NCBI GenBank assembly: GCA_025360445.1
Contig: JANYCE010000322.1
Coordinates: 1-45,549, forward strand
Length of the DNA: 45,549 nt
Direction: 5' to 3'
Origin: Betaproteobacteria bacterium
GTDB taxonomy: Bacteria > Pseudomonadota > Gammaproteobacteria > Burkholderiales > SG8-41
Under the pieces are notes generated by a model. That model did no database searches. It saw only the letters and a program-made list of their open reading frames with translations, and was not told where the DNA came from. The translations under genes were made by a program, and so were the position numbers. Positions within the stretch are counted from its first letter, which is position 1, and each line of letters starts with the position of its first letter. Below, piece by piece: positions 1 through 9,881 of this stretch.

Positions 1-24
1 GTTCACCGTGGCGAGGCTTTCGAG

Positions 25-1194
25 TTAAGCGCTTTCGTACAGGCGGGTCAGAACAAACTCGCGATGGCCAAGCGCTTCCGCTGCGGTGAGACGGCCGTTA
101 CAGGTGCGCAGCATGACTTCGATCAATTCGTCGCCGGTCTGGTCGAGATTTTTCTCGCGCTGCAGGAGACCCGAACAATCGTGGTCCACGTGCTCCGACA
201 TCGTGCGCACAGTGCGCGGGTTTGCCGTGAGCTTGATAACGGGCACGATCGGATTGCCGATGACATTGCCCTGTCCGGTCGGAAACAAATGGACGACATA
301 GCCAGACGCCGCACACAGCGTCACCATTTCGGCTGCCGCGGAGGAGGAGTCCATAAACCACAGGCCCGGCTTAGTCGGCATTTCGGCCTTGTCGAGGACG
401 CCGATCACCTTGCATTTTTTGCCGATTTTCTGGATATTGCCGAGCGCTTTCTCTTCGATCGTAGTGAGTCCGCCGGCGATATTGCCCTTGGTCGGTTGCG
501 AGTCCGAGAGATCGTCGACCTTATTGCGCTCCACCACGTCCTGATAGCGGTCGAACATTTTCATAAACTGTTCACGCACCTGCGGCGTCGCGCAGCGATC
601 GGCGACGATTTTCTCGCCGCCCGTAATCTCGGTGGTTTCGCCGAAACACATCGTGACGCCGAGCGGCTCTAATTTATCGAAGGCATTGCCTACGGTCGGG
701 TTTGAACCGCAACCGGAGGTCGTGTCCGACTCGCCGCACTTGGTAGACACCCACAAGTCGCTGATCGGGCATTCCACGCGCTGAAGTTCGGACGCCCATT
801 GCACATATTCCTTGGCGACTTTGGACGCGCGAAAAATAGTGTCGTGATCGCCATGCAACTCGATACCAAAACCCGTGACGGGTTTACCGGTCTTGGCGAT
901 GCCGTCCACCACGCGCTTGGCCCATTGTTCCTCGATGCAAATCACCACCACCGCGGCGACGTTCGGGTTGGCGCCGGCGCCGATTATCGTGCGGAAATGC
1001 AGGTCAAGATCGGCGCCAAACTGTAAGCGGCCGTAGGGATGCGGGATCGCGATGGCGCCCTTGATGTTGTTGGCGACCGCTTCAGCCGCCGCGTTCGACA
1101 GATCATCGACCGGCAGAATAAGTACGTGATTACGCACACCGACGCGGCCATTTTCGCGGCGATAACCCTGGAAAGTCGTTTTGCTTGAAATCAT
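25..1194 (-). CDS. UxaA family hydrolase/dehydratase, large (catalytic) subunit; altronate/galactarate dehydratase-like C-terminal domain
   Basis: 389-aa ORF with recognisable UxaA/GarD C-terminal-domain sequence, including a Cys-rich stretch ([17 protein letters not shown]). It lies immediately downstream of a separate SAF-domain ORF, the typical split arrangement. Confidence 0.85.
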   Translation of the reverse strand: MISSKTTFQGYRRENGRVGVRNHVLILPVDDLSNAAAEAVANNIKGAIAIPHPYGRLQFGADLDLHFRTIIGAGANPNVAAVVVICIEEQWAKRVVDGIAKTGKPVTGFGIELHGDHDTIFRASKVAKEYVQWASELQRVECPISDLWVSTKCGESDTTSGCGSNPTVGNAFDKLEPLGVTMCFGETTEITGGEKIVADRCATPQVREQFMKMFDRYQDVVERNKVDDLSDSQPTKGNIAGGLTTIEEKALGNIQKIGKKCKVIGVLDKAEMPTKPGLWFMDSSSAAAEMVTLCAASGYVVHLFPTGQGNVIGNPIVPVIKLTANPRTVRTMSEHVDHDCSGLLQREKNLDQTGDELIEVMLRTCNGRLTAAEALGHREFVLTRLYESA

Positions 1195-1221
1195 GCTCTC
1201 ACTCCAAATAGGCTCGCGCGG

Positions 1222-1503
1222 CTACCAGCGCTTGGTTTTAATGTTGTGGACGTGCGCGTGCGCGCCCGCCTTGATGTCAGCAACCGCCTTGCCGATGTCA
1301 TGACCGTATTTAATGATGGTCTCGCCGCTTTTTACGTCTTTCAACGCAAGCTTGTGGCCGATCGGAATATCCTGCTGCGCCTTCAACGCAATGGTGCGGT
1401 CTTCGTCCATGATCCAGCCAGTCAGATCCTGGCCGGCCGTAACGCCTTCGACCACGACCACCGCGACGGTGTCTTTGGGATCGTGCAATACAAAGTGAAT
1501 CAT
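1222..1503 (-). CDS. UxaA family small subunit (SAF / altronate dehydratase N-terminal domain)
   Basis: 93-aa ORF resembling the SAF N-terminal domain of UxaA/GarD (IPIGHKLALKDVKSGETIIKYG...). It sits 27 nt upstream of the large subunit on the same strand. Confidence 0.8.
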   Translation of the reverse strand: MIHFVLHDPKDTVAVVVVEGVTAGQDLTGWIMDEDRTIALKAQQDIPIGHKLALKDVKSGETIIKYGHDIGKAVADIKAGAHAHVHNIKTKRW

Positions 1504-1677
1504 GCGGACTCCTAAACTTTGAAAGAGTTAAACGCCCTCACGCGGGGCGTTAATGGTAATTGTTATCGGCCGCGCGATACTACATGCCGCGTTAAATATG
1601 AGTCAACAATATGACCTATATGATGCGCGATGAACGAATGGTAAGATTTACGCCATGATTTGCACTGTTAAAACTCA

Positions 1678-2439
1678 TTGAAGCCAGTACGCGCACTGGC
1701 CGGTGGCGGTCCGGCGTCGCAACCGCTCTACAAAGAAGTTAAGGGCCGCATCACCCGCAGCCTGATTGCCGGCGAGTGGAAACCCGGCGCCGCGATTCCG
1801 AGCGAATCGCGTCTGGCGGCGCAGTTTCAGGTATCGGTCGGCACCATCCGCAAGGCTATCGACGAACTTGTAGCCGAAAAAATCGTGATCCGCCAACAGG
1901 GCCGCGGCACGTTCGTGACAATTCATACTGAAGACCGCCAGTTTTACTATTTCTTTCACATCGTCAGTAAGGACGGCGGCAAGGAACCACCAGCGCACGA
2001 GCTGCTGTCGCTGAAGACCACCAAGGCTGACACCGAAACTGCCGCGCGACTTGGCCTCAAGCCGGGCGAGCGCGTGCATTGCGTGCATAACGTGTTAAAG
2101 CTCGCTCGCAGGCCTGTGATCTTCGACGAGTTGCGCATCGCTGCTGCTCGTTTTCCCGATTTGAACGCCGCCAGCTTCGGCGCACGCGAGGGAACTATCT
2201 ACGGGCTTTATCAGGCGCGCTATGGCATCAATGTGGTGCGTATCAGTGAACGCCTGTCTGCTGCGCTACCGCCTGCGCGCGTCTCGCGGGTGCTCGGTGT
2301 AAGTGCAACGAGTCCAGTATTGATGATTAAGCGCGTCGCCTACACCTATCATGACGAGCCGGTCGAACTGCGAACGAGCTGGGTCAATACACAGAGCCAC
2401 GAGTATTTGAGCGATATTTGGAAAAACGAGCCGCGTTGA
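1678..2439 (+). CDS. GntR family transcriptional regulator (HutC/UTRA subfamily)
   Basis: N-terminal winged-HTH signature (LPSESRLAAQFQVSVGTIRKAIDELVAEKIVIRQQGRGTFV) followed by a UTRA-like C-terminal domain. Divergent from the UxaA pair. The start is TTG and is uncertain. Confidence 0.85.
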   Translation: MKPVRALAGGGPASQPLYKEVKGRITRSLIAGEWKPGAAIPSESRLAAQFQVSVGTIRKAIDELVAEKIVIRQQGRGTFVTIHTEDRQFYYFFHIVSKDGGKEPPAHELLSLKTTKADTETAARLGLKPGERVHCVHNVLKLARRPVIFDELRIAAARFPDLNAASFGAREGTIYGLYQARYGINVVRISERLSAALPPARVSRVLGVSATSPVLMIKRVAYTYHDEPVELRTSWVNTQSHEYLSDIWKNEPR

Positions 2440-2646
2440 AGGCGACCCGTTGAAAATGAGTAGGGCGTATCAGTTTTATATTTCGCGGCTAATGAATTCC
2501 CCCCTTTTGCATCCTCACGTTTTTGATCGAGGCGAATGCGCGCATCGAGTCTTGAACCCGCGCGGCCGGTATTAAGGGAGCGAAGCGGCGGGCGCATATA
2601 GCTATCGTGGGTTAATGTGGACGGCAACCTTCGCCTCGCACCCAAT

Positions 2647-2674
2647 AAAAAAGGCGGCTCACGCCGCCTTTTTT
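2647..2674. terminator. Bidirectional rho-independent terminator (AAAAAA-GGCGGC-tcac-GCCGCC-TTTTTT)
   Basis: Perfect 6-bp GC stem (2653-2658 / 2663-2668) with a 4-nt loop, flanked by an A-run and a T-run. It lies 15 nt downstream of the rplS stop and about 200 nt downstream of the GntR gene. Confidence 0.7.
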
Positions 2675-2688
2675 CGAGCTTGCCCCGA

Positions 2689-3117
2689 TTAGTTAATCGG
2701 TTCGGCTTCTGCTTTCGGTTTTTCCGCCTCGGCCGGTGGCAGCACTTCTTTGTCGCGGATTGCCAGGCGTTCCTTGATGCGCGCCGCTTTGCCCGACAGT
2801 CCACGCAGGTAATAAAGCTTCGCGCGGCTGACATCGCCCCTGCGCTTGACTTCAATCGACGCGATCAAGGGCGAGTACAACTGGAATGTGCGCTCGACGC
2901 CTTCGCCTGATGAGATTTTACGCACGATAAACGCCGAATTGAGGCCGCGGCTTTTCCTGGCAATCACCACACCTTCATAGGCCTGGACGCGCTTGCGGTC
3001 GCCTTCGACCACGTTGACGTTCACCACGACGGTGTCGCCGGCCTTAAAGTCAGGGATTTTTTTTCCGAGACGGGTGATTTCTTCGCTTTCGAGCTTTTGT
3101 ATAAGATCCATCGTCAT
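2689..3117 (-). CDS. rplS: 50S ribosomal protein L19
   Basis: Strong L19 similarity ([42 protein letters not shown]). The ATG overlaps the trmD stop (ATGA). Carries a 24-aa Pro/Ala/Glu/Lys-rich C-terminal extension. Confidence 0.95.
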   Translation of the reverse strand: MTMDLIQKLESEEITRLGKKIPDFKAGDTVVVNVNVVEGDRKRVQAYEGVVIARKSRGLNSAFIVRKISSGEGVERTFQLYSPLIASIEVKRRGDVSRAKLYYLRGLSGKAARIKERLAIRDKEVLPPAEAEKPKAEAEPIN

Positions 3118-3872
3118 ACTCCACTGAGTTCTTGCTTGAATTCTTCGAGCAATTTGCGCTCATTTTCCGACAACACCCGCTTCGCCAGCAAATCCGGCCG
3201 CCGCTGCCACGTCCTGCCCAACGCCTGCTTTAAACGCCACCTATTAATATCGGCGTGATTGCCTGACAACAATACCGGCGGCACTTTCTGTCCCTCGTAT
3301 GCCTCCGGTCGCGTGTAATGAGGGCAATCAAGCAATCCATTTACAAACGAATCCTGGTTCGCCGATTCCGCGTCGCCCAGCACTCCGGGCAACTGGCGCA
3401 CGATGGAGTCTATCAGCACCATCGCTGCTAATTCGCCCCCCGACAGAACGTAATCTCCGATCGAAATTTCGTCGTCGATTTCGCGCATCACGCGTTCGTC
3501 GACGCCTTCATACCGACCCGCCAGCAAAACCAGTCCGTGCTGCCCTGCTAAATCCATTACCAACGCATGATCCAGCAACCGCCCCTGCGGGGTCAGGTGA
3601 ATCACGCGCGGCTTCTGCACACCCGCGCTTTTCTGCCGCTGTCTCGCGGCTGCCATTGCGCGACCGAGCGGTTCGGCCATCATCACCATCCCCGGGCCGC
3701 CGCCATACGGCCGGTCATCGACCGTGCGATACGCGTTTTGCGCGAAATCGCGCGGGTTCCACGCGACCAGTTGATAAATCCCGTTATCGCGCGCCCGTCC
3801 GATTACGCCCGCTTCTGCCACTGCACCGAACATGTTCGGAAAAATCGTTACCACATCAAACTGAAGCATCAA
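3114..3872 (-). CDS. trmD: tRNA (guanine37-N1)-methyltransferase
   Basis: TrmD sequence ([11 protein letters not shown]..., [23 protein letters not shown]) within the conserved rpsP-rimM-trmD-rplS order. Confidence 0.95.
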   Translation of the reverse strand: MMLQFDVVTIFPNMFGAVAEAGVIGRARDNGIYQLVAWNPRDFAQNAYRTVDDRPYGGGPGMVMMAEPLGRAMAAARQRQKSAGVQKPRVIHLTPQGRLLDHALVMDLAGQHGLVLLAGRYEGVDERVMREIDDEISIGDYVLSGGELAAMVLIDSIVRQLPGVLGDAESANQDSFVNGLLDCPHYTRPEAYEGQKVPPVLLSGNHADINRWRLKQALGRTWQRRPDLLAKRVLSENERKLLEEFKQELSGV

Positions 3873-4399
3873 TAATCCCTGCCCCAGTCCACTGCAATTA
3901 CACCAGCCCCGATGTCAACTTTCAAAATTGCATCGGCAATAAACGGTATCAGTATTTCACTCGCAACTTCGCGCTCGACGCCATCACCCGGCTTAGAATC
4001 GCTCCCGCCTGCAACCACCAGCACGTCATTTGCGCCAGTCTCCACGATACGCACCACGCGGCCCAGCTCTTGCTGTTCTATATTGACGACTCGCAGGCCA
4101 ATTAAGTCAGCCCAGTAAAACTCACCACTTTCGGCGTCCGGCAGTTGCTCGCGCGGAATCCCTATATCAGAGCCTCGAATCGCTGCAACAGCTTCGCGAT
4201 TCTCGATTCCGGCGAACTGCGCCACCAGCGTATTGCCTTGCACCTTGGCCGCGGCCACGTGCATTTCGCGCCATTCGCCATCGCGCCGCAACCACCACAC
4301 CGGGTAATCGCACAGACTATCCGGTTGCGCCGAAAGCGTATAAACCTTGAACCAGCCTTTAACTCCAAACGGAGCGGTCACCCGCCCCATCACTACCAT
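3869..4399 (-). CDS. rimM: Ribosome maturation factor RimM
   Basis: RimM-like N-terminus ([15 protein letters not shown]) and PRC-barrel C-terminus, in the operon position between rpsP and trmD. Confidence 0.93.
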   Translation of the reverse strand: MVVMGRVTAPFGVKGWFKVYTLSAQPDSLCDYPVWWLRRDGEWREMHVAAAKVQGNTLVAQFAGIENREAVAAIRGSDIGIPREQLPDAESGEFYWADLIGLRVVNIEQQELGRVVRIVETGANDVLVVAGGSDSKPGDGVEREVASEILIPFIADAILKVDIGAGVIAVDWGRDY

Positions 4400-4404
4400 G
4401 TTAT

Positions 4405-4665
4405 TCAGGCAGCTGGGGCCGGCTTCGCGCCGAACTGTTTAACCAGACGGGCGGCGGTGTCGCTAATCTGCGCACCCTTGCTCTGCCAGTACGTCAGGCG
4501 CTCGGCTTGGTAGCGAAACGCTTCCTGACCAGCCGACGCTTTAGGATTGTAAAAGCCGATGCGCTCTATGAAGCGGCCATCGCGCGCGCGCTTCGAATCC
4601 GCAACCACCAGATTAAAAAACGGACGCTTTTTGGCGCCGCCACGTGCCAGTCTTATAACGACCAT
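4405..4665 (-). CDS. rpsP: 30S ribosomal protein S16
   Basis: [37 protein letters not shown] is the canonical S16 N-terminus. Confidence 0.95.
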   Translation of the reverse strand: MVVIRLARGGAKKRPFFNLVVADSKRARDGRFIERIGFYNPKASAGQEAFRYQAERLTYWQSKGAQISDTAARLVKQFGAKPAPAA

Positions 4666-4700
4666 GGTAAATCCGACCCTGAAAATGCGGAAAGGGCGTG

Positions 4701-4730
4701 ATTTTACGCTTACTTTTGAAGTTAACGCAA
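4701..4730 (-). promoter_or_regulatory. Candidate sigma70 promoter of the rpsP operon (TTGCGT-18 nt-TAAAAT on the minus strand)
   Basis: Read by eye. The -10 TAAAAT is the plus-strand atttta at 4701-4706 and the -35 TTGCGT is acgcaa at 4725-4730. The element lies about 35 nt upstream of the rpsP ATG. Confidence 0.3.
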
Positions 4731-4850
4731 GGTAAGAACGGTATTCAGCCGAATGCGGTTCGACTGAGAATTCGCTCTCGTTACAGTCGATATGCGGCGC
4801 TCGAGCAAGTCGAATTGCGCGTCTGCGCGGGATGCCTGCAAACGGGCGGT

Positions 4851-6203
4851 TTAGCGGGCTCCGCCGGGAAACATTCCCTTCATCGAACGCATCATTTTCG
4901 CCATGCCGCCCTTAGCCATCATCTTCATCATCTTCTGCGTCTGCTCGAACTGGGCCAGCAGACGGTTCACCTCCTGCACGCTTACGCCGGCGCCGGTCGC
5001 GATGCGGCGTTTGCGCGACGCCTTTAACACTTCAGGTTTGGCGCGTTCCTGCGACGTCATCGAATTGATAATGCCTTCGATACGGCGGATTTGCCGGTCG
5101 TCCATCTGCGCTTTGCCGGCGGCCTGCGCGAGCTGTCCCGGCAGCTTTTCGAGCATCGCTGAAACGCCGCCCATTTTTTTCATCTGCCCGATTTGCAGCT
5201 TGAAGTCTTCGAGGTCGAATCCTTTGCCGGATTTAAGCTTGTGCGCAAACCTTTCCGCCTCCTTGCGATCAACCGTGCGCTGTACATCTTCGATCAAGGA
5301 CAGCACATCCCCCATACCAAGAATGCGCGACGCCATACGATCCGGATGAAACACTTCAAAGCCGGTGAGCTTTTCGCCCACGCCCGCGAATTTGATCGGC
5401 TTGCCGGTGATTTTGCGCACGGACAGTGCGGCGCCGCCGCGCGCGTCGCCGTCCAGCTTGGTCAGCACCACACCCGTCAGCGGGAGCGCGGCGGCGAACG
5501 CCTTGGCGACATTGACCGCGTCCTGTCCCTGCATAGAATCGACGACGAATAAGGTTTCTATCGGTTTGAGCGCCGCATGCAAGTCGCGAATTTCTCCCAT
5601 CATCGCTTCATCGATCGCGAGCCGGCCCGCAGTATCGACGATCAACACGTCGTGATGATGCTTGCGCGCGAAATCAAGCGCTGCAAGTGCAATCGCGGCG
5701 GGTTTTTCGTGGCTCGACGAGGGGAAAAAATCGACTTCGATTTGAGCGGCCAGGGTTTTAAGCTGCTCAATGGCGGCGGGTCGGTAGACGTCGCAGCTTG
5801 CGAGCAGCACTTTCTTTTTCATCTGCTCGCTCAGTAATTTTGCGAGCTTGCCGCTGGTAGTCGTCTTCCCTGAGCCCTGCAAGCCTGCCATTAAGATCAC
5901 CGCGGGCGGCGTTGTCGCGAGATCGAGCGGCGCAGCGGCTTCGCCCATTAATATAACGAGTTCGCGATGTACGATGCCCACCAGCGCCTGGCCGGGCGTC
6001 AAGCTTCCCATTACTTCCTGACCGAGCGCGCGCTCCCGTACTTGTGCGACAAAATCCTTGACGACGGGCAAAGCTACGTCGGCTTCAAGCAATGCCATGC
6101 GCACTTCGCGCAGCGCATCCTGAATATTTGTTTCGGTCAGCCGCGCTTCGCCGCGCAGCGTCTTCACTACTTGCGACAGCCGGCCGGTCAAACTTTCAAA
6201 CAT
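4851..6203 (-). CDS. ffh: Signal recognition particle protein Ffh
   Basis: SRP54-type GTPase motifs ([21 protein letters not shown]) and a Met-rich M domain at the C-terminus. Confidence 0.97.
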   Translation of the reverse strand: MFESLTGRLSQVVKTLRGEARLTETNIQDALREVRMALLEADVALPVVKDFVAQVRERALGQEVMGSLTPGQALVGIVHRELVILMGEAAAPLDLATTPPAVILMAGLQGSGKTTTSGKLAKLLSEQMKKKVLLASCDVYRPAAIEQLKTLAAQIEVDFFPSSSHEKPAAIALAALDFARKHHHDVLIVDTAGRLAIDEAMMGEIRDLHAALKPIETLFVVDSMQGQDAVNVAKAFAAALPLTGVVLTKLDGDARGGAALSVRKITGKPIKFAGVGEKLTGFEVFHPDRMASRILGMGDVLSLIEDVQRTVDRKEAERFAHKLKSGKGFDLEDFKLQIGQMKKMGGVSAMLEKLPGQLAQAAGKAQMDDRQIRRIEGIINSMTSQERAKPEVLKASRKRRIATGAGVSVQEVNRLLAQFEQTQKMMKMMAKGGMAKMMRSMKGMFPGGAR

Positions 6204-6270
6204 ACAATTTCGCCTCTAAAGCGCATGGGGCAAGGCCGCGAATGACTGGTGTACACTGCGGTTCAAACCC

Positions 6271-7101
6271 ATGCTGAACCCGATATTCTATCCGATCACT
6301 TCTCTCATGTACGTGGCGCTTGCTGCGTATTTTTGGCGCGTAAATTGGCTGCCAGTTACGATGATGCCGACCGCGGAAGCAAGCTCGCGCGCTGCCGGAC
6401 ATTTGCTGGTGCTCGTGCCGCTGTCGTTGCACTCAGTACTGCTTTATCAATCTATCTTCGCACAGGAAGGCATGCATCTTGGCATCGGCAATGCGCTGTC
6501 TGCGATTGTCTGGCTCACCGTCGCGATTTACTGGCTGGGGAATCTTGTCTACAAGGTGGAGGGCCTGCGGGCAATGGTCATGCCGGTAGCGGCAGTGTGT
6601 GTATTGCTGCCTGCGTTATTTCCGGCGGCGCGCGCGCTACCGAATACCGAACTCGTCGCCTTTAAAGCCCACCTGGTAATTTCTTTGCTTGCCTACAGTT
6701 TTTTTACAATCGCATCGCTGCATGTGCTCTTGATGGCACTGCTCGAGCGGCGGTTGCATGGCGGCGACTTGCCGTTCGGCCTCCGAAACTTACCGCCGCT
6801 GTTGACGATGGAAACGTTGCTGTTTCGAATCATCGCCGCGGGCTTTGTGCTGCTGACCCTCACACTCATAACGGGCATCGTGTTTTCAGAGGAACTATTC
6901 GGCAAAGCATTGCGCTTTAATCACAAAACCTTATTCGGCATTTTGTCGTGGCTTATATTTGCCGCGCTGCTCGGCGGCCGCCGGCTATATGGTTGGCGCG
7001 GCCGCATCGCAGTGCGCTGGACACTCGCTGGATTCCTGATGCTCGTGCTTGCTTACGTTGGCAGCAAGTTCGTGCTCGAAGTCGTCCTAGGCAGAACTTG
7101 A
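6271..7101 (+). CDS. ypjD: Cytochrome c assembly (CcsA) family inner-membrane protein, YpjD-like
   Basis: Polytopic membrane protein divergent from ffh, followed by a CorC-family gene. This is the same arrangement as ffh/ypjD/yfjD in E. coli. Confidence 0.8.
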   Translation: MLNPIFYPITSLMYVALAAYFWRVNWLPVTMMPTAEASSRAAGHLLVLVPLSLHSVLLYQSIFAQEGMHLGIGNALSAIVWLTVAIYWLGNLVYKVEGLRAMVMPVAAVCVLLPALFPAARALPNTELVAFKAHLVISLLAYSFFTIASLHVLLMALLERRLHGGDLPFGLRNLPPLLTMETLLFRIIAAGFVLLTLTLITGIVFSEELFGKALRFNHKTLFGILSWLIFAALLGGRRLYGWRGRIAVRWTLAGFLMLVLAYVGSKFVLEVVLGRT

Positions 7102-7192
7102 ACGCAGGATTGAAGATCGAGGACGGGGGATTGCGACGGCGCTCGAACCGGTCTGGCTCAATCTTTAATCGTCAATCCGCAATCGTGCGCTA

Positions 7193-8497
7193 ATGGGCGC
7201 CATACCGTTATCCGCCCAGTTCATCGCGCTGGGAATCCTCTTGCTGTTGTCGGGCGTCTTCTCGATCGCCGAAACAAGCATGATGGCGTTGAACCGCTAC
7301 CGTTTGAAAGCGCTCGTCCGACTGGGGAATCGCGGCGCCATCATCACGACAGAACTGCTCGCGCGCACGGACCGCCTGCTCGGCGTCATCCTGCTAGGTA
7401 ATAACCTGATCAACGCGGCCGCTGCGGTGCTGGTCAGCATTATCACGGTGCGATTATTTGGCGAGAATGAGATTGCACTCGCTATTGGCACGTTGATTGT
7501 CACCTTCCTTATTCTCGTATTCTCGGAAATTACACCGAAGGTCATCGGCGCGACCTATGCCGAGCAAATCGCATTGCCGCTCGCCTTTCTGCTGAAGCCA
7601 CTGCTAAAGGGACTGTACCCGGTAGTTTGGTTCGTCAATCTGTTTGTCCAGTCCCTACTCTGGATCTTCAGGCTGAAAACGCCGGACCCGGCCAATAACA
7701 AAATGACGCCGGATGAACTACGCACCCTGGTGCTCGAAGCCGGCAACTACATACCCAAAAAACATCAAAGCATCCTGCTAAATCTGTTCGACCTCGAAAG
7801 CATTACGGTCGACGATGTAATGACGCCGCGCAATCAGATTGAGTTGATCGACATCGACGCCCCGCCGGAAGTCTTGCGCCAGCAAATTGCCACTGCATAC
7901 CACCGCCGTATTCCGTTGTATCAAGGACAGCCTGACAACATCGTCGGCATTATTTTGTTGCGCAAAGTGCTCGCCATCAGTGCGGACGATGTTGGGATCA
8001 ACGCGGTGCGGTTGCGCGAGATCATGCGCGAGCCTTACTTCATCCCCTCGGGCACACCGCTCTTTACGCAGTTGCAGCAGTTCCAGGAGCACCAAGACCG
8101 ATTGTGTTTCGTGGTCGATGAGTACGGCGAACTGATGGGCCTGTTGACGCTGGAAGATATTGTGGAAGAATTAATCGGCGAGTTTGCGACACACTCCCCC
8201 TTGCAATCCACGCACTTTCACCGCCAGACGGACGGCTCATACGTGGTTGAAGGCGGCAGTTTGTTGCGCGAATTGAACCGTAAACTCGGATACCACTTTC
8301 CGCTCGACGGACCTAAAACGCTTAACGGACTCATACTCGAGCACTTCCGCGATATTCCCGAACCCGGCATCAGCGCCACGATTGCCGGGCACCGGCTTGA
8401 AGTCATGCAGACTCAGGATCGCGCAGTTAAAACTGTTCGGCTCGCGTCTGCGGCGGGGCCTAAAAAGGTTTTAACGAAGGGCGCGACTGAGAGCTAA
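7193..8497 (+). CDS. HlyC/CorC family transporter (DUF21/CNNM membrane domain + CBS pair + CorC_HlyC domain)
   Basis: N-terminal DUF21 membrane helices, a CBS-pair region (VDDVMTPRNQI...) and a C-terminal CorC/HlyC transporter-associated domain. Confidence 0.9.
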   Translation: MGAIPLSAQFIALGILLLLSGVFSIAETSMMALNRYRLKALVRLGNRGAIITTELLARTDRLLGVILLGNNLINAAAAVLVSIITVRLFGENEIALAIGTLIVTFLILVFSEITPKVIGATYAEQIALPLAFLLKPLLKGLYPVVWFVNLFVQSLLWIFRLKTPDPANNKMTPDELRTLVLEAGNYIPKKHQSILLNLFDLESITVDDVMTPRNQIELIDIDAPPEVLRQQIATAYHRRIPLYQGQPDNIVGIILLRKVLAISADDVGINAVRLREIMREPYFIPSGTPLFTQLQQFQEHQDRLCFVVDEYGELMGLLTLEDIVEELIGEFATHSPLQSTHFHRQTDGSYVVEGGSLLRELNRKLGYHFPLDGPKTLNGLILEHFRDIPEPGISATIAGHRLEVMQTQDRAVKTVRLASAAGPKKVLTKGATES

Positions 8498-8547
8498 AGT
8501 GCCTTTACAACGTAAACGCACAAGGGCATTATTGTGTAACATGCACT

Positions 8548-8578
8548 AGCTAATCTAACGACTAAGGTTAGATTAGCT
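8548..8578. repeat. Perfect inverted repeat AGCTAATCTAAC-(7 nt)-GTTAGATTAGCT upstream of pilC
   Basis: The 12-bp arms (8548-8559 and 8567-8578) are exact reverse complements. The repeat lies 16 nt upstream of the pilC ATG and 51 nt downstream of the CorC-family stop. Confidence 0.85.
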
Positions 8579-8593
8579 TTATGGGAGAGATTA

Positions 8594-9823
8594 ATGGTGA
8601 CCACAGCCGCGACTGCCGGCAGGAAGGACGTTAAGGAATTTAATTTTTCCTGGACGGGCACCGACAAGGCTGGCAAGTCTATGCGCGGCGAAATGAAGGC
8701 CGGCGGCGAAGCGGTCGTCAATGCAATGCTGCGCCGGCAGGGCATCAAAGTAGCCAAAGTCAAAAAGCTGACGGTACGCAGCGGCGGCCGCATCTCCGAT
8801 AAAGACATTACGTTGTTTACGCGCCAACTGGCGACCATGTTGAAATCCGGTGTGCCACTGCTGCAGGCCTTCGACATCGTTGGCAAAGGCCACAACAATC
8901 CGGCGGTGCAAAAACTTTTGATGAACATCAAGACGGAAATCGAGACCGGCTCCAATCTCAAGGCGGCCTTTGAAAAACATCCGCTGCATTTCGATGCGCT
9001 ATTTTGCAATCTCGTTGGCGCCGGCGAGCAGGCCGGTATTCTCGACAGCCTCCTCGACCGCCTGGCGACGTACAAGGAAAAGGTCCAGGCAATAAAGGGC
9101 AAGATCAAGGCCGCATTGTTTTATCCGATCGCGATCATTTTGGTCGCCTTCATTATTACGGCCGTCATTATGATTTTTGTCATCCCCGCATTTAAACAGG
9201 TGTTCGCAAGCTTTGGCGCCGACTTGCCCGGGCCGACTCTCGTCGTGATGGCGATTTCCGAATTCTTCGTCCAGTTCTGGTACTTGATTTTCGGCGTCGT
9301 GATCGGCGGGGTGTGGGGCTTCATGTATGCATGGAAGCGCTCCAAGTCGGTGATGATTTTCATGGATAAGATAGCGCTGCGGGCGCCGGTGTTCGGTGAC
9401 ATGGTGCGCAAAGCGACGGTCGCGCGGTGGACTCGAACGCTGGCAACCATGTTTGCCGCCGGCGTGCCGCTTGTCGAAGCACTCGATTCGGTTGCCGGCG
9501 CCGCGGGCAATCACGAATACTATCTCGCCACCAAAAAAATTCAGGCCGAGGTGTCGACCGGCTCCAGCTTGACTGTGTCGATGCAAAACGTGGATATGTT
9601 TCCGAATATGGTGTTGCAAATGGTCGCCATCGGCGAAGAGGCCGGCTCGCTCGACGGCATGCTGTCCAAGGTTGCCGACTTTTACGAGGCCGAGGTCGAT
9701 GACGCGGTCGATGCACTGTCGAGCTTGATGGAACCGCTGATCATGGTTGTGCTTGGCACGCTGATTGGCGGCATGGTGATAGCGATGTATCTGCCGATCT
9801 TCAAGCTCGGTCAGGCGGTTTGA
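8594..9823 (+). CDS. pilC: Type IV pilus assembly platform protein PilC (GspF family)
   Basis: 409-aa protein with two T2SS-F repeats, followed directly by pilD. Confidence 0.93.
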   Translation: MVTTAATAGRKDVKEFNFSWTGTDKAGKSMRGEMKAGGEAVVNAMLRRQGIKVAKVKKLTVRSGGRISDKDITLFTRQLATMLKSGVPLLQAFDIVGKGHNNPAVQKLLMNIKTEIETGSNLKAAFEKHPLHFDALFCNLVGAGEQAGILDSLLDRLATYKEKVQAIKGKIKAALFYPIAIILVAFIITAVIMIFVIPAFKQVFASFGADLPGPTLVVMAISEFFVQFWYLIFGVVIGGVWGFMYAWKRSKSVMIFMDKIALRAPVFGDMVRKATVARWTRTLATMFAAGVPLVEALDSVAGAAGNHEYYLATKKIQAEVSTGSSLTVSMQNVDMFPNMVLQMVAIGEEAGSLDGMLSKVADFYEAEVDDAVDALSSLMEPLIMVVLGTLIGGMVIAMYLPIFKLGQAV

Positions 9824-9881
9824 GAAATTCATTAGGATTGAGGGTTTCTCCGCAATCGTCTATCCCCGATCCTGATTCCTG

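Noticed and set aside
2440-2646. About 200-nt gap between the GntR gene stop and the shared terminator, including a 10-bp palindrome ATGCGCGCAT and a possible 39-codon ORF. Considered as a small RNA or small protein gene.
   Set aside because: I could recognise no promoter, Shine-Dalgarno, conserved RNA motif or convincing secondary structure by eye. It cannot be supported without transcript data or a covariance-model search.
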